From assembly GCA_040954595.2 (NCBI GenBank), contig CM082578.2, positions 6,247,519 to 6,311,518 on the forward strand: a stretch of 64,000 nt of DNA. Direction: 5' to 3'. Below are positions 1 through 9,994 of this stretch, one piece after another. This DNA comes from Balanoglossus misakiensis. Taxonomy: Eukaryota > Animalia > Hemichordata. The position numbers and the translations under genes are program-made. The notes below the pieces were generated by a model. That model did not search any database. It saw only the letters and a program-made list of their open reading frames with translations, and was not told where the DNA came from. Within the stretch, counting starts at the first letter, position 1. Every line of letters begins with the position of its first letter.

Positions 1-2
1 CG

Positions 3-170
3 GTAACGTTTACACCTATCCAGACGCATTACACAACCGTAAATTATAAGGACTTTGAAACCATTGAAATATTTATAAGGGACGAGCACGGGAAGAAATT
101 TTCATTTGAATCGGGGCGGGTGGTTGTTAAACTTCATTTTCGTCAGAAACGACCGCCCCAGTTCGCATAG
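3..170 (+). CDS. C-terminus of Polinton minor capsid (penton-like) protein, 5'-truncated by the window
   Basis: Own translation of frame 3: VTFTPIQTHYTTVNYKDFETIEIFIRDEHGKKFSFESGRVVVKLHFRQKRPPQFA*. This matches the characteristic IEI-I-D--G---F--G-V-V-LHFR end of Polinton minor capsids. Not in the ORF track. Confidence 0.85.
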   Translation, partial: VTFTPIQTHYTTVNYKDFETIEIFIRDEHGKKFSFESGRVVVKLHFRQKRPPQFA

Positions 171-181
171 GAAAACTTGTG

Positions 182-613
182 ATGACGGGGTCAGCTGATA
201 TGTTGACGGATTATTACGTGGGGCAGGCAAAAGGCGCCCCCGGAGCTCCGCCATTTTACAGGGGTGGGCTGCAACATGGTTACGGTCTCGGATCGGTTTT
301 TGGAAATATCGCACGTATGGCGATACCATTATTTAAGAAGGGTGCGATGGAAATCGGAAAGACCGCACTGCATGCTGGTAGCAATATCGCTACAGATGTG
401 TTGTCAGGCCGTAATTGGAAAGACTCCCTGAAAAACCGGACCCGTGAGTCTGGTAAAAAGCTGAGTAGACAGGCTCTATCAAGCATTCAGTCACGGGTGG
501 TCGGTGGCAACGGTATAAAGTCCAACACACGGCGTAAACGCAATAATCCTGTATCTAGACCCCGTAAACGAAGAGCCGTCGCCACCACACAACGTAACGA
601 TATATTTGCCTGA
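182..613 (+). CDS. Polinton small basic virion/core-like protein with GxG protease-type sites
   Basis: YYxxQ...QHGYGLGSVFGNIARMAIPLFKKG (GxG followed by an amphipathic helix) and an Arg/Lys-rich tail ending DIFA. It lies between the minor and major capsid genes. First ATG at 182, alternative ATG at 200. Confidence 0.8.
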   Translation: MTGSADMLTDYYVGQAKGAPGAPPFYRGGLQHGYGLGSVFGNIARMAIPLFKKGAMEIGKTALHAGSNIATDVLSGRNWKDSLKNRTRESGKKLSRQALSSIQSRVVGGNGIKSNTRRKRNNPVSRPRKRRAVATTQRNDIFA

Positions 614-622
614 TAAGTAGTC

Positions 623-1966
623 ATGGCTTCAGCCCTAGTGGATCCAAACTCCTGCTGCGACTGTGCCAAAGAGGAGCTGGATATTTTTACTGTACCACCG
701 ACTCAAACCAGTATTGAAAGCGGGAAATACATACAGTTTAACCCTGTATCCTCACTGGCTGCAAACACACCGATTGAATTTCTGATACCCGGTAGCCCCA
801 ACGAATATGTTGATCTACCGCTTACCAGAGTGTATGTTAAAGCCCGCATTCTGAATGATGATGGTACAAATCTGGCCACAGAGGCTGAGGTGGGCCCCGT
901 CAATCTTTTTCTCCAAAGTCTTTTCAGTCAGGTAGAAATTTCTCTCGGGGGACGCGTGATATCAAGCTCCCAGAACACATACCCCTACAGAGCCTATATA
1001 GAGACCGTGCTGAATTGCTCCAAGAACGCGGCATCAACACATCTGACCAGCAGTCTCTACTACAAAGACACCACGGGGCGATTTGACCAGGCTAACCCTT
1101 TAGCACAGGGGGGAAATGTTAACGAGGGGTTGGTAAACAGATCGAAATTTACAACGGAAAGCAAGACGGTTGACCTGATAGGTCACATACATAGCGATAT
1201 TTTCTTTCAAAAGAAACACCTGCTCAATGGGGTTGACATAAAGATCAAGTTTAACAGATCAAAAGACGCATTCTGTCTTATGTCATCACAGCCACAACAG
1301 CGTTATCGCGTGGAAATAGTTGAAGCAAGTCTACTTGTACGGCGGGTGAAGGTGTCACCATCAGTCATCCAGGCACACGCCCGAGCACTCGAATTTGCGC
1401 CAGCCCGTTACCCGATCGACAGAGTCGAGTGCAAGAGTTACACCGTAACACCTGGACACCTTTCTTTTACAAGGGAGAATATCTTTTTGAACACTTTACC
1501 GAAGAGATTAGTGCTAGGACTTGTTGACGCTGAAGCTTATTCGGGTACTTACACAAAGAACCCTTTTAATTTTAAAGCGTATGGTGTAAACTATTTAGCG
1601 GTCACGGCAAATTCTGAAACCGTGGGTGGAAAACCCCTCACTCTGTCGTACACACAGCAAGGTGGTCGTAACTACATAAGGGCGTACGAGTCATTGTTTA
1701 CGGGTACCGGAGCGTACTATTCTAACGTCTCCCACGATATTTCGCGAGAGGACTACGCCGGAGGGAACACTCTTTACGCTTTCGATCTCACACCCGACCT
1801 GGGCGGTGGTAGTGACCATTTCAGCACCGTCCAAACAGGGGCTCTATCCATAGAGGTTCATTTTGACGCCGCATTACCCAACCCTGTTAATTTGATTGTG
1901 TACGCGGAATTTGACGAGATCGTGAGAATAGACAAGTCCAGAAACGTGATCGGGGACTTTAAATGA
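623..1966 (+). CDS. Polinton major capsid protein (double jelly-roll)
   Basis: 447-aa intact ORF with ELDIFTVPPTQTSIE, PIEF, SLFSQVEI, YPYRAYIETVL, NPFNF, AFDLTPD and VYAEF motifs typical of Polinton major capsids. Confidence 0.93.
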   Translation: MASALVDPNSCCDCAKEELDIFTVPPTQTSIESGKYIQFNPVSSLAANTPIEFLIPGSPNEYVDLPLTRVYVKARILNDDGTNLATEAEVGPVNLFLQSLFSQVEISLGGRVISSSQNTYPYRAYIETVLNCSKNAASTHLTSSLYYKDTTGRFDQANPLAQGGNVNEGLVNRSKFTTESKTVDLIGHIHSDIFFQKKHLLNGVDIKIKFNRSKDAFCLMSSQPQQRYRVEIVEASLLVRRVKVSPSVIQAHARALEFAPARYPIDRVECKSYTVTPGHLSFTRENIFLNTLPKRLVLGLVDAEAYSGTYTKNPFNFKAYGVNYLAVTANSETVGGKPLTLSYTQQGGRNYIRAYESLFTGTGAYYSNVSHDISREDYAGGNTLYAFDLTPDLGGGSDHFSTVQTGALSIEVHFDAALPNPVNLIVYAEFDEIVRIDKSRNVIGDFK

Positions 1967-2490
1967 ATACATTACAGCTTGATAGAGTCTTACGTGGTGA
2001 CAGGGTTGTAGGTCCACACTTTAAAGGAGTGTACCCTCTTGATAAACTACCCAGAATTATCAATGTGTACCCTAGTGCATTTGTGTTAAATTCCGATACC
2101 TCTAATCTACCCGGGAGCCACTGGCTCGCAATATATTTTGATGAAGATGGTAGGGGTGAATTTTTTGATTCGTATGGCTACCCGCCCGATTTCTACGGGG
2201 GTGATCTTACAACCCTCCTCGGTCAAAATTCAAAATTTCCGTACAAATACAACACGCGAAGTTTACAGGGGTTTTTTTCAACAGTGTGCGGGCAGTACGT
2301 CATATTTTATTTATACCATAGGTGTAGGGGGCTAAGTATGGGTAAAATTCAGGGTATTTTCACGAAAGATCGAGGGTTGAACGATTATTGGGTGAATGAT
2401 TTCGTTTTTCGCAAGTTTGGTCTTTATAGAGACTCTGTAGACTTAGACTTCATATCTGGACAGATAGCGAGAGCTCTTAATTTTTACTAA
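1963..2490 (+). CDS. Adenain-like cysteine maturation protease
   Basis: Catalytic motifs GSHW (His), FFDSYG (Asp) and LQ...STVCGQY (Gln, Cys). The start overlaps the capsid stop as ATGA. Confidence 0.95.
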   Translation: MNTLQLDRVLRGDRVVGPHFKGVYPLDKLPRIINVYPSAFVLNSDTSNLPGSHWLAIYFDEDGRGEFFDSYGYPPDFYGGDLTTLLGQNSKFPYKYNTRSLQGFFSTVCGQYVIFYLYHRCRGLSMGKIQGIFTKDRGLNDYWVNDFVFRKFGLYRDSVDLDFISGQIARALNFY

Positions 2491-2544
2491 ATTGTTACTT
2501 CACGATAACTTCAATAATGATTGTAATGGTGTGGGGGTGTTGTC

Positions 2545-2645
2545 ATATAAATACAATATACACATAAGATACGATTTATTGTTGTTTATTCCATCACAAT
2601 AAAAATAAAGATCATTTACATCACAAAACACGTCTTTTTATTATC
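2545..2645. terminator. Bidirectional polyadenylation region between the convergent viral gene blocks
   Basis: AT-rich 170-bp gap with AATAAA on the + strand (about 2598-2609) and several TTTATT (AATAAA on the - strand) at about 2575, 2585 and 2637. Confidence 0.6.
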
Positions 2646-2660
2646 ATTATTTCAGAAAAC

Positions 2661-3542
2661 TTAATAGTTGATCCATTGACGGCGGCGTTTCACCGGTGTC
2701 GATAGAAATCCCACCCTTTTTCGACCGCTACCCCTCTTTGACGGTGTCCTCTCGGGGGCGGTGAGCACAACCGCTGACTCTGCTGCGTGCAAGGGTGTGT
2801 TGGGGAGTATTCGTAAAGGGGTCGCGCTTTCACCAAGTCTGGAATGTTTGTGTTTAAACTCACGAACATAATTTAACCATGCAGGATTACCGATCAAGAG
2901 TTCGGGAACGTTTATTTGAGCAAGAGCTCTGACGAATGTCTGCCACCCTGAGGGGTTTTCATGATACTGACCCCCAAATTTTCGCGGACGAATTGAATTG
3001 TATATCAAATCAGTCAGGTTACTATTCGGGACGACGTTACCCTCGTACACAATTTCCCCATTTTTATTCCAGCTGAGTACATCAGGATGACTCTTAATAT
3101 TAGAAATCATTTGGTGAGCCTTTCTCTGGTAAGATTTTGGGACCACGTTCACCACACGCTCTTCAACACCATCCGTGGGGTCCGTGGGGAGGGCACGCCC
3201 GGGTTCAACCACCGGGGTTGTTGACACATCCGACTCCATCAAGCGTAGTTGGCGATTGGGTTCGGCGGTGTGGTGGTTGGGGGTGTCAACTAATTTTACG
3301 TTTAAAGGCTGCATGGCCACCCCCTGCTTCGCCCGCTGAAGGTTCAGGTAGTGCTGTAGACTCTGGGTGTAGAGTTTCACCTTCTGATCATCGTTTAAGT
3401 CAGCACGATTCAAAATTGCACTCATATCCGCCTCGGCACTCACTATAGAAGTCGTTAAAGGTGTTGTCTGTGAGCGTTGTCGCTCTTTGATGGTGTCCAA
3501 TAGTTCCTGTGGCACAAGCGCCATTTTCTTTGCATGCATCAT
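2661..3542 (-). CDS. Conserved Polinton protein of unknown function (293 aa)
   Basis: Intact ORF in the viral block. The KKMALVP start and the LSWNKNGEIVYEG...PNSNLTDL block resemble a conserved Polinton ORF, and the C-terminus is basic and NLS-like. Confidence 0.8.
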   Translation of the reverse strand: MMHAKKMALVPQELLDTIKERQRSQTTPLTTSIVSAEADMSAILNRADLNDDQKVKLYTQSLQHYLNLQRAKQGVAMQPLNVKLVDTPNHHTAEPNRQLRLMESDVSTTPVVEPGRALPTDPTDGVEERVVNVVPKSYQRKAHQMISNIKSHPDVLSWNKNGEIVYEGNVVPNSNLTDLIYNSIRPRKFGGQYHENPSGWQTFVRALAQINVPELLIGNPAWLNYVREFKHKHSRLGESATPLRILPNTPLHAAESAVVLTAPERTPSKRGSGRKRVGFLSTPVKRRRQWINY

Positions 3543-3545
3543 GAT

Positions 3546-3869
3546 TCACTTCAGTAGACTCCCGAGAACGCCTAAAATCGGTCCTAATAACATCGATAGA
3601 AAACCACCCTTCTGAACTAACAGACGCTTTTTACTCTGTAAAGGTACGCGTTTGTCGGCCAATGTCCTAATGGGGTGCTTGTACCGTGACAGGCGTTTTT
3701 TATGTGTCGCTGACAGAGGTATGTTACCGACCAGAACATTTTGGGCACATTCACAAATCGCCTTTATGAGGTCGTTGCTGGCACCGTCGAGAATTGTTCG
3801 TCGTTGCCGCGGTGTGCATCTCCCCAAAACCTGAAGGTAAGCAGCGTTGTTGACCATCCGTCTAGACAT
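3546..3869 (-). CDS. Small basic Polinton protein with QKGG/FL cleavage-type motif and hydrophobic tail (adenovirus pX-like)
   Basis: 107 aa, with ICECAQNVLVGNIPL and terminal VQKGGFLSMLLGPILGVLGSLL, recalling the GG-FLPAL site of adenovirus pX. Confidence 0.8.
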   Translation of the reverse strand: MSRRMVNNAAYLQVLGRCTPRQRRTILDGASNDLIKAICECAQNVLVGNIPLSATHKKRLSRYKHPIRTLADKRVPLQSKKRLLVQKGGFLSMLLGPILGVLGSLLK

Positions 3870-3909
3870 GTTGAAATGCGTTCCTATGCAGAAAACACTC
3901 TGGTTTTGT

Positions 3910-4542
3910 TTACTTCGCTACGTACACATAAGTGGTCTCTTCAGGGAATATGCTCGTGCGTAATCGGTATTGTTCCGGTGTTTGTGGTTTCAAGTCAAAC
4001 AGGAGATACCCGTATGGTTCGCTGGTTGCATCTTCATAAGCCTCGCGAACAAACTTGACGTTACCGGGGGCGATCTGTTTCGCGAGATGAGTTATTTGTG
4101 AATTGTCCCGGGCATTTTTGAATGCAATTATGTAATGAGCATTCAGACTTATGGTACGCATCTGTCGCCCTTGCTGGAACAAATTTTGGACGAGAAGTAA
4201 TACCGATGTATTCTTGTGGTGAGTACCACGCGTAAACATGTCCGTAACACGTTTATTGTCCGAAACTTCCTGCATTAAATCATCAATGATGACCAAGTTA
4301 GTTTTCCCGGGGTCCAGCCTCTCCATTAGATCTGGTGGTAACCCTTCAATAAACTCAATATTCGGTATTTGACCCCGGAGCTCGCTGAAAAGTGGTTGAT
4401 ACTGACCGTAACACCACAAAATGTTCGTAGGGACAGGGTTTATCATTTTGTCCATAGTCCGCAACAGTCTTCTGACGAAATGCGTTTTTCCCGATTGAGA
4501 CGGCCCCGCAACGATACAGTTAAATGGGTGTAAAAATTCCAT
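3910..4542 (-). CDS. A32/FtsK-HerA family genome-packaging ATPase
   Basis: Walker A GPSQSGKT, Walker B LVIIDD, then FTRGTHH, LLVQNLF and RTISLNAHY. ATG at 4542; the ORF track begins at an upstream non-ATG codon. Confidence 0.95.
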   Translation of the reverse strand: MEFLHPFNCIVAGPSQSGKTHFVRRLLRTMDKMINPVPTNILWCYGQYQPLFSELRGQIPNIEFIEGLPPDLMERLDPGKTNLVIIDDLMQEVSDNKRVTDMFTRGTHHKNTSVLLLVQNLFQQGRQMRTISLNAHYIIAFKNARDNSQITHLAKQIAPGNVKFVREAYEDATSEPYGYLLFDLKPQTPEQYRLRTSIFPEETTYVYVAK

Positions 4543-4618
4543 TACCAGAGAACGCGTAAACCCCAACGAATGTCGATGCGTAGAGTGTGGGTGTTAACCC
4601 TACACACCGCGATTTAAA

Positions 4619-7600
4619 TTACTGGTAATACACGTATTGTTCCTCGAGCAGACTCGTCAGCGTCTCCACAGCGGTATCATAGCGATCGGTGTGACGAATG
4701 TAGCCGTAGGGGCGTGTTTCACACCTGTTTATCAGCACGCGTTTGTCATATACCATGCGAAAACACTTCTCCTCGGCTCTTGACTTCAACGTCATACTTG
4801 CTTTATCGCGTACAATTTTAAACGGGATTTCAACAACTAGGCGATCCTCCGGTGCTCTTAAGACGATCTCTTTCATAGCGTCAAAGTTTATAACCTTGGA
4901 TGTGTCAAAATTTAGCGTGATCCCTTTGACCTTGCAGCACGTCGTGACTTCCTCGTTCTGCTCATTAACGACTTTGTAGCTGTACGACTTTGGCCCGGTA
5001 CTTATAAATTCTGAAATGTACTCCCCCGGGTTGAGTTCGTTAGTAAAGTCACCCAAATAATCGCCCAACTCCAGATCTGGCGTACCCGGTCGCGAAACGT
5101 AGATGATGCTATCGGTGTCGTAGTACAATACGCGATCCCCAAGTTTCTCCATCGCCCTGTAGAGAGCCAGGCGTGCGTGGCACGTTGTGTAGGCGGCGAT
5201 TACCACATTGGTGCGCGGGTTGGTGGGTGTAAAGACCCCCATATCGCGTAGGCTAATCTGAACTATTTCAGGGTTAACCATAACGATGTCTTCAATCTCC
5301 ACGGTGTCGTCGCTAAGCAGGTCGAAGAAACGGGCGGCATCGTCGACGTACTCCGTTCTCGGAAGTCCCGAAGATTGCGCGAATTTTCCCCAAAGCGTGT
5401 TCAGGCACGTCTTCGCAAGCGTACGTAGTCCCGGGTTGTGCTGGATTTGATCGTATTCGAGACGAACCCCCTCTTTCTGGAAGTATCTGGCTATGTAGTC
5501 CCGGCGTTGATCTTCAGTGGTACACCCCGCAGGCCAGCCAGACGCCATCTGTTTAATCTTCAAGAACTCGTTAATATAGGTTGTGAAAAGCCCTCCACAC
5601 ATCTCATCGGGGTCATATTCTGAAACCTCCGAATAATGCCAAATCTCGTAAATTTTCACAATTTTGTACCCCAACTCCACGGCTTTCTGGAGCTCGTGTG
5701 TAACCCATGTCCCCACAAGTGACCGCTGGTCAGTGGTGTGACTACAGACACATGTCTTACTCTGTTCTTCAGCACAGGTTCTGCAAAGCGGGAAAACTAG
5801 CTTCCCGTTAATCTTACTTGGTAGAACAGGAAAATATAATTTATAAGGGGGTAGAATTTTGCACTTAACAAGACCCTCGTAACCCGTAATGTCGTTGTTC
5901 TGTGGTAACGACTCCTCAGTAATTATTTCGGGGTGGCCTAGGGGGTACCGACAAAATTTGTTCACCCAGGGGTATAGAGAGGTGTAGTCCACGTAACGTA
6001 CTTTCTCCTGAGGTTCAGCGTGATAGTACAATCGGTTCGCATTGGTTCTCCCGCCGAAGAAGGCATCACGCGGGTTAATCGGATCAACATTGTCAAGACC
6101 CTGGATGAATCTCTGCATGTCGGGGTCCTCGGATATCTTCTCGCGCAGGTCGCACTCCCAGATTGGCTCGACTGTGTAACCAAGGTTCTCGATCACCTGC
6201 TGCCTGGCCTGTGTTCTCCTGTTCAACTCAAGCATGGTTTCCCCTGTGAAAGGGGAGGCAGTTTCCTCCCGGTAGCATTTTAAACACCCGTGAAAAATAC
6301 ATCCGTTAACCTCCACAGCTTTATTGAGTTGCGCAATGTAGCCATCCAGAAAGAAATTCGCAACCTTTTTCTCCCCGATATTCCCCGCGTGCTGTACGAA
6401 CATGCCGGTTTTATGTGCATACCACTTCAAATAACCCAGTGCGAGTTTTGACTGCTTCAATCGTGGTTTGTAGCCTTGATTCGGAATTACCCCGATCGTG
6501 CACGGTTTAAGGAAATTCCGACGGAAGAGTAAATTACACGCTGAGGCAATGGTTATATTGTTTTTGAAGGGACAGAACCCTAAACCACTCCTTTCAACCC
6601 CAGACACTTTCAAAAACAGACTCCGGAAACGTAAACAAGCCAACCTCAGCACATCCACGTCGTTCTTACAATAAGCCAACAATTCCTTTTGGAAATCGAA
6701 CACATAATCTTTGGCGACCATATCATTATACCACTCTAAGAATTCTTCCCTGTCTTTCGGATTCTTAGATCCTGGGGTGTAAAATCTGACTGGGGGCATT
6801 GGGCCGCGATAGCTTTCGTTGTCAGCGGTGTTAAATAAATGCGGGAAGTCCCCTTTGCGGACTCCGTTTAAACCGAAGGCACGGGGAGTTTGGCGAGACT
6901 CATTGGTAAAAAATTAACAGAGTCTATTATTTTCACGTTAGGGCCGGGGACATCGATACTAAGTATTTTACTACCGGCCATGATTACGTCGGGCTTGACG
7001 GCGTTTCGGTGGATATAATCCATTATAAACGAGCCGTCATAACCTTTCATGTTGTGGGCCAGGGCAATCGCATCCTCATTTTCTTCGGAAAGGAGCCACA
7101 CGCAAAAGTCATCCACAGTGTTATCCCCTCTGAATATGTGCTGGTTTACCCCGCAGTTTTCACACTGACTGTCACCGTCAATGTTTTCGTTGTGTAGACA
7201 GAGCTCGCAAACCCTTTGAGCGACACACAAGTTTGGTGTGTGCACCCCGGTCTCGCTGTCAACAACGCTCTCAAAGTCGAAAAATATAAATGTTTGGCCA
7301 GATTCCTCGTCGCTGCTACCCTCACCACCCCCGCCCTCCTCGGCCATCGCGTCTAAAAACCCGTCAACTAGGTGTTCATCTATACCCTCAAACCCGTTCA
7401 CGGGATCAATTCTCGGGGGTGCTAAATTTTTGTCTTCAGTCGTATTTGCGACCTGCATGTAGCAACGATGATCGGGTGGTACAAATCTTGAGCAGGTGTT
7501 GCATAGTACCTCGTCGCAGCGGTGTTGGGTTTTGCGTCGTCGTGCGTCGTTACATTTGATGTCCTTGTTACATTTCATGCAACGTCGGTAGATCCCGCAC

Positions 7601-9744
7601 GTTGAGTTTTTAGCCTTAGGCGGGACCTTTTTATGTAGCTCGTAACAATCCTGATTCTTAAAGCCGCGTTTACATGTACTACAATATTTACGGGGTTCTA
7701 TCGCCGGTTTTTTGCATTCTGGGCGTTTGCAGTCATAACATACATTGTTGCATTTGTGGTCGATTAAGTTCTGGTAAGATTTCTTACAGGCATGACAGTA
7801 ATACACATATCCAGTGAAGCCGGTCATCGTTGTTATGACGTCATAGTGGTCACTATGGTGGTACAGGTATATCGGGGTGTCCGTCACAGGGCCTGAATAA
7901 ATAATGCTATTCATATGAGCCGCTGATACGACATTAATCTGGAACTTTGGTAACACTGCCTGAAACTTCCTTAATTCGGGGATACCGCATGTGCCATATG
8001 CAACCCCGGCCTTTCTATATAACGCCAATGCCATTTCTCTCTGGTCCTTACGGTCACGTGTAATGTTCTGGCGGTCGGGGTGTTCTTCGGCAGCAGCACA
8101 GGCTGCTACTAATGCCCTCCCACAGCAGAGCTTGTCTTTGTTGGTTATTTGGATAATCGAGCGCTTATCATTTAGGAATTTATCGAAACCCACGTATTTC
8201 ATGGCCCTCCTTATACGCCGTCCATTACCAATAGGCATCGCAACGTGGATAACATTTAAGAGAACCCCTTCGTTGATTTCAAAATTCTCGTAGGACTGCA
8301 ACACCCTCTCGATTTCACCAAACAGCAAATCAACATCTGCATCCCTAACGTACGAAAAGGGGAGGTTGATGGCCCGTTGTAGCTGGGGGGTTCTAAAAAC
8401 GAAACGGATGCGATCCGAGGGGTTCATACCATCGATAATACTGCTGAAAATGTCTTGAAACGCTCGGTAGATTATGCGGAACACTTCATGCAGGCCATCC
8501 GTTTCGATTTCTCGAAAATTAATGACATAGTCGGCTTGAGTGGTTTTATACTTCGTGATGTACCGACTGTCTATTTTACGCATATCGTATATCCGATCAC
8601 AGGGTAAATCCTCGACGTTACACCGCTGTCTCTTGACACTTTTCTCAGTACGTTTACCACCTCTTTTCTGGGGGAGTGGGGGTTGAACACGCTGCTGCAT
8701 CGAAGTTGACGCTCGAGGAGCGTGTGTAGGGGGGCTTGTTGAGGTCGAGGGAATAGGGCTGGGTGGTGGTATCGAGGTCGAGGGCCTCGGCTGTACGGGA
8801 CGTGATGAGGTCGAGGGGATAGGGCTGGGTGGTGGTATCGAGGTCGAGGGCCTCGGTTGTGCGGTGCATGTTGAGGTCGAGGGAATAGGGCTGGGTGGTG
8901 GTTTCGAGGTCGTGGGCCTCGGCTGCACGGGACGTGATGAGGTCGAGGGAATAGGGAAGGCTGGTGGTATCGAGCTCGAGAGCCCCGGCTGTATGGGCCG
9001 TGTTGAGGTCGAGGGGATAGGGGCGGGTGGGGGTATCGAGCTCGAGGGCCCCGGTTGTACGAGGTATGTTGAGGTCGAGGGAATAGGGCCGGTTATCGGT
9101 ATCGAGGTCGTGGGCCCCGATTGTACGGGCCATGTTGAGGTCGAGGGAATAGGGCCGGGTGGTGGTATCGAGCTCGAGGGCCCCGGTTGTACGAGGTATG
9201 TTGAGGTCGAGGGAATAGGGCCGGTTATCGGTATCGAGGTCGTGGGCCCCGATTGTACGGGGTGTGAATAGGTCGAGGGAATAGGGCCGGTTATCGGTAT
9301 CCAGGTCGTGGGCCCTAGTTGTACGAGGTATGTTGAGGTCGAGGGAATAGGGCCGGTTATCGGTATCGAGGTCGTGGGCCCTAGTTGTACGGGGCGGTAT
9401 GGTTGTCGTTGGTAGGTGGTGATTTGAACCCGGGGAGTCGGGGGCGTAGGGGTGGTTATCGGTATAGTGTTACCACCCGCTTGATACACATTTTCCTGTT
9501 CTACCAAATTATGTTCTAAATCAGTACCCGTGCTAGTAGAGTTAGACAAGGTTGTGTCACTCACCGAATCCTGGTCCTCGGGGGTGGGGTGTTCAGCTAC
9601 CAGTTCGCATCGTCGAGTAATTGCTGCCAGTTCTATAAAGGGTGTCAACGCATCCCGGTGAATTTCTAACACAGCCTCTAGCTCGTCAAGGGTTGTTGCG
9701 GTCATGACAACTTCAGCAATGGTAGCTTCTCTTGATTCGGCCAT
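4619..9744 (-). CDS. Protein-primed family B DNA polymerase polyprotein, split by a 1-nt frameshift at about 6883-6886
   Basis: The upstream ORF has ExoI FFDFES and ExoII AHNMKGYDG. The downstream ORF has ExoIII YCKNDV and polymerase motifs YVDYTSLYP, KTCLNTLWGK and YYDTDS. Adding one C to the CCCC run restores SLAKLPRAFGLNGVRKGDFPHLFN and gives 1708 aa from the ATG at 9744. Confidence 0.93.
8722..9393 (-). repeat. Coding minisatellite, about 10 x 66 bp (22-aa Pro/Ser/Thr unit) in the PolB N-terminus
   Basis: GAATAGGGCC recurs at 9081 and 9147 (period 66). Peptide units such as GPTTSIPITGPIPSTSTYLVQP and RPSTSIPPPSPIPSTSSRPVQP. Confidence 0.95.
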
Positions 9745-9994
9745 ACTTCTTCGGTGATTGAAGTGTAAAGTACCGGGTGAAAAACTAGATTTGATCGTGG
9801 GGAGATAGTCGTGACTTTCACGCTTACACACACGCAAGAGTTCTTACACTCAAGTAACAGCTAAGGCTACACGCACAATCTTATTTAAGCTCAAAGATAT
9901 TTTTATTATTATTTATCAAATGCTCATAAAAAGTTACATATTAACAAGTAAATCTGAACTTGAAAAGTTGCGTAACAAAGACTGTCAAAATGGT

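Noticed and set aside
613-617. ATAAG baculovirus-type late promoter before the capsid ATG
   Set aside because: A 5-mer overlapping a stop codon, not seen consistently before the other structural genes.
8654-9271. Alternative-frame ORFs 8654-9133 (-) and 8864-9271 (+)
   Set aside because: By-products of the GC-rich 66-bp coding repeat.
4619-9837. Two separate genes (989 aa and 726 aa) as in the ORF track
   Set aside because: Exonuclease motifs are split across them and one added base fuses them into a single PolB.
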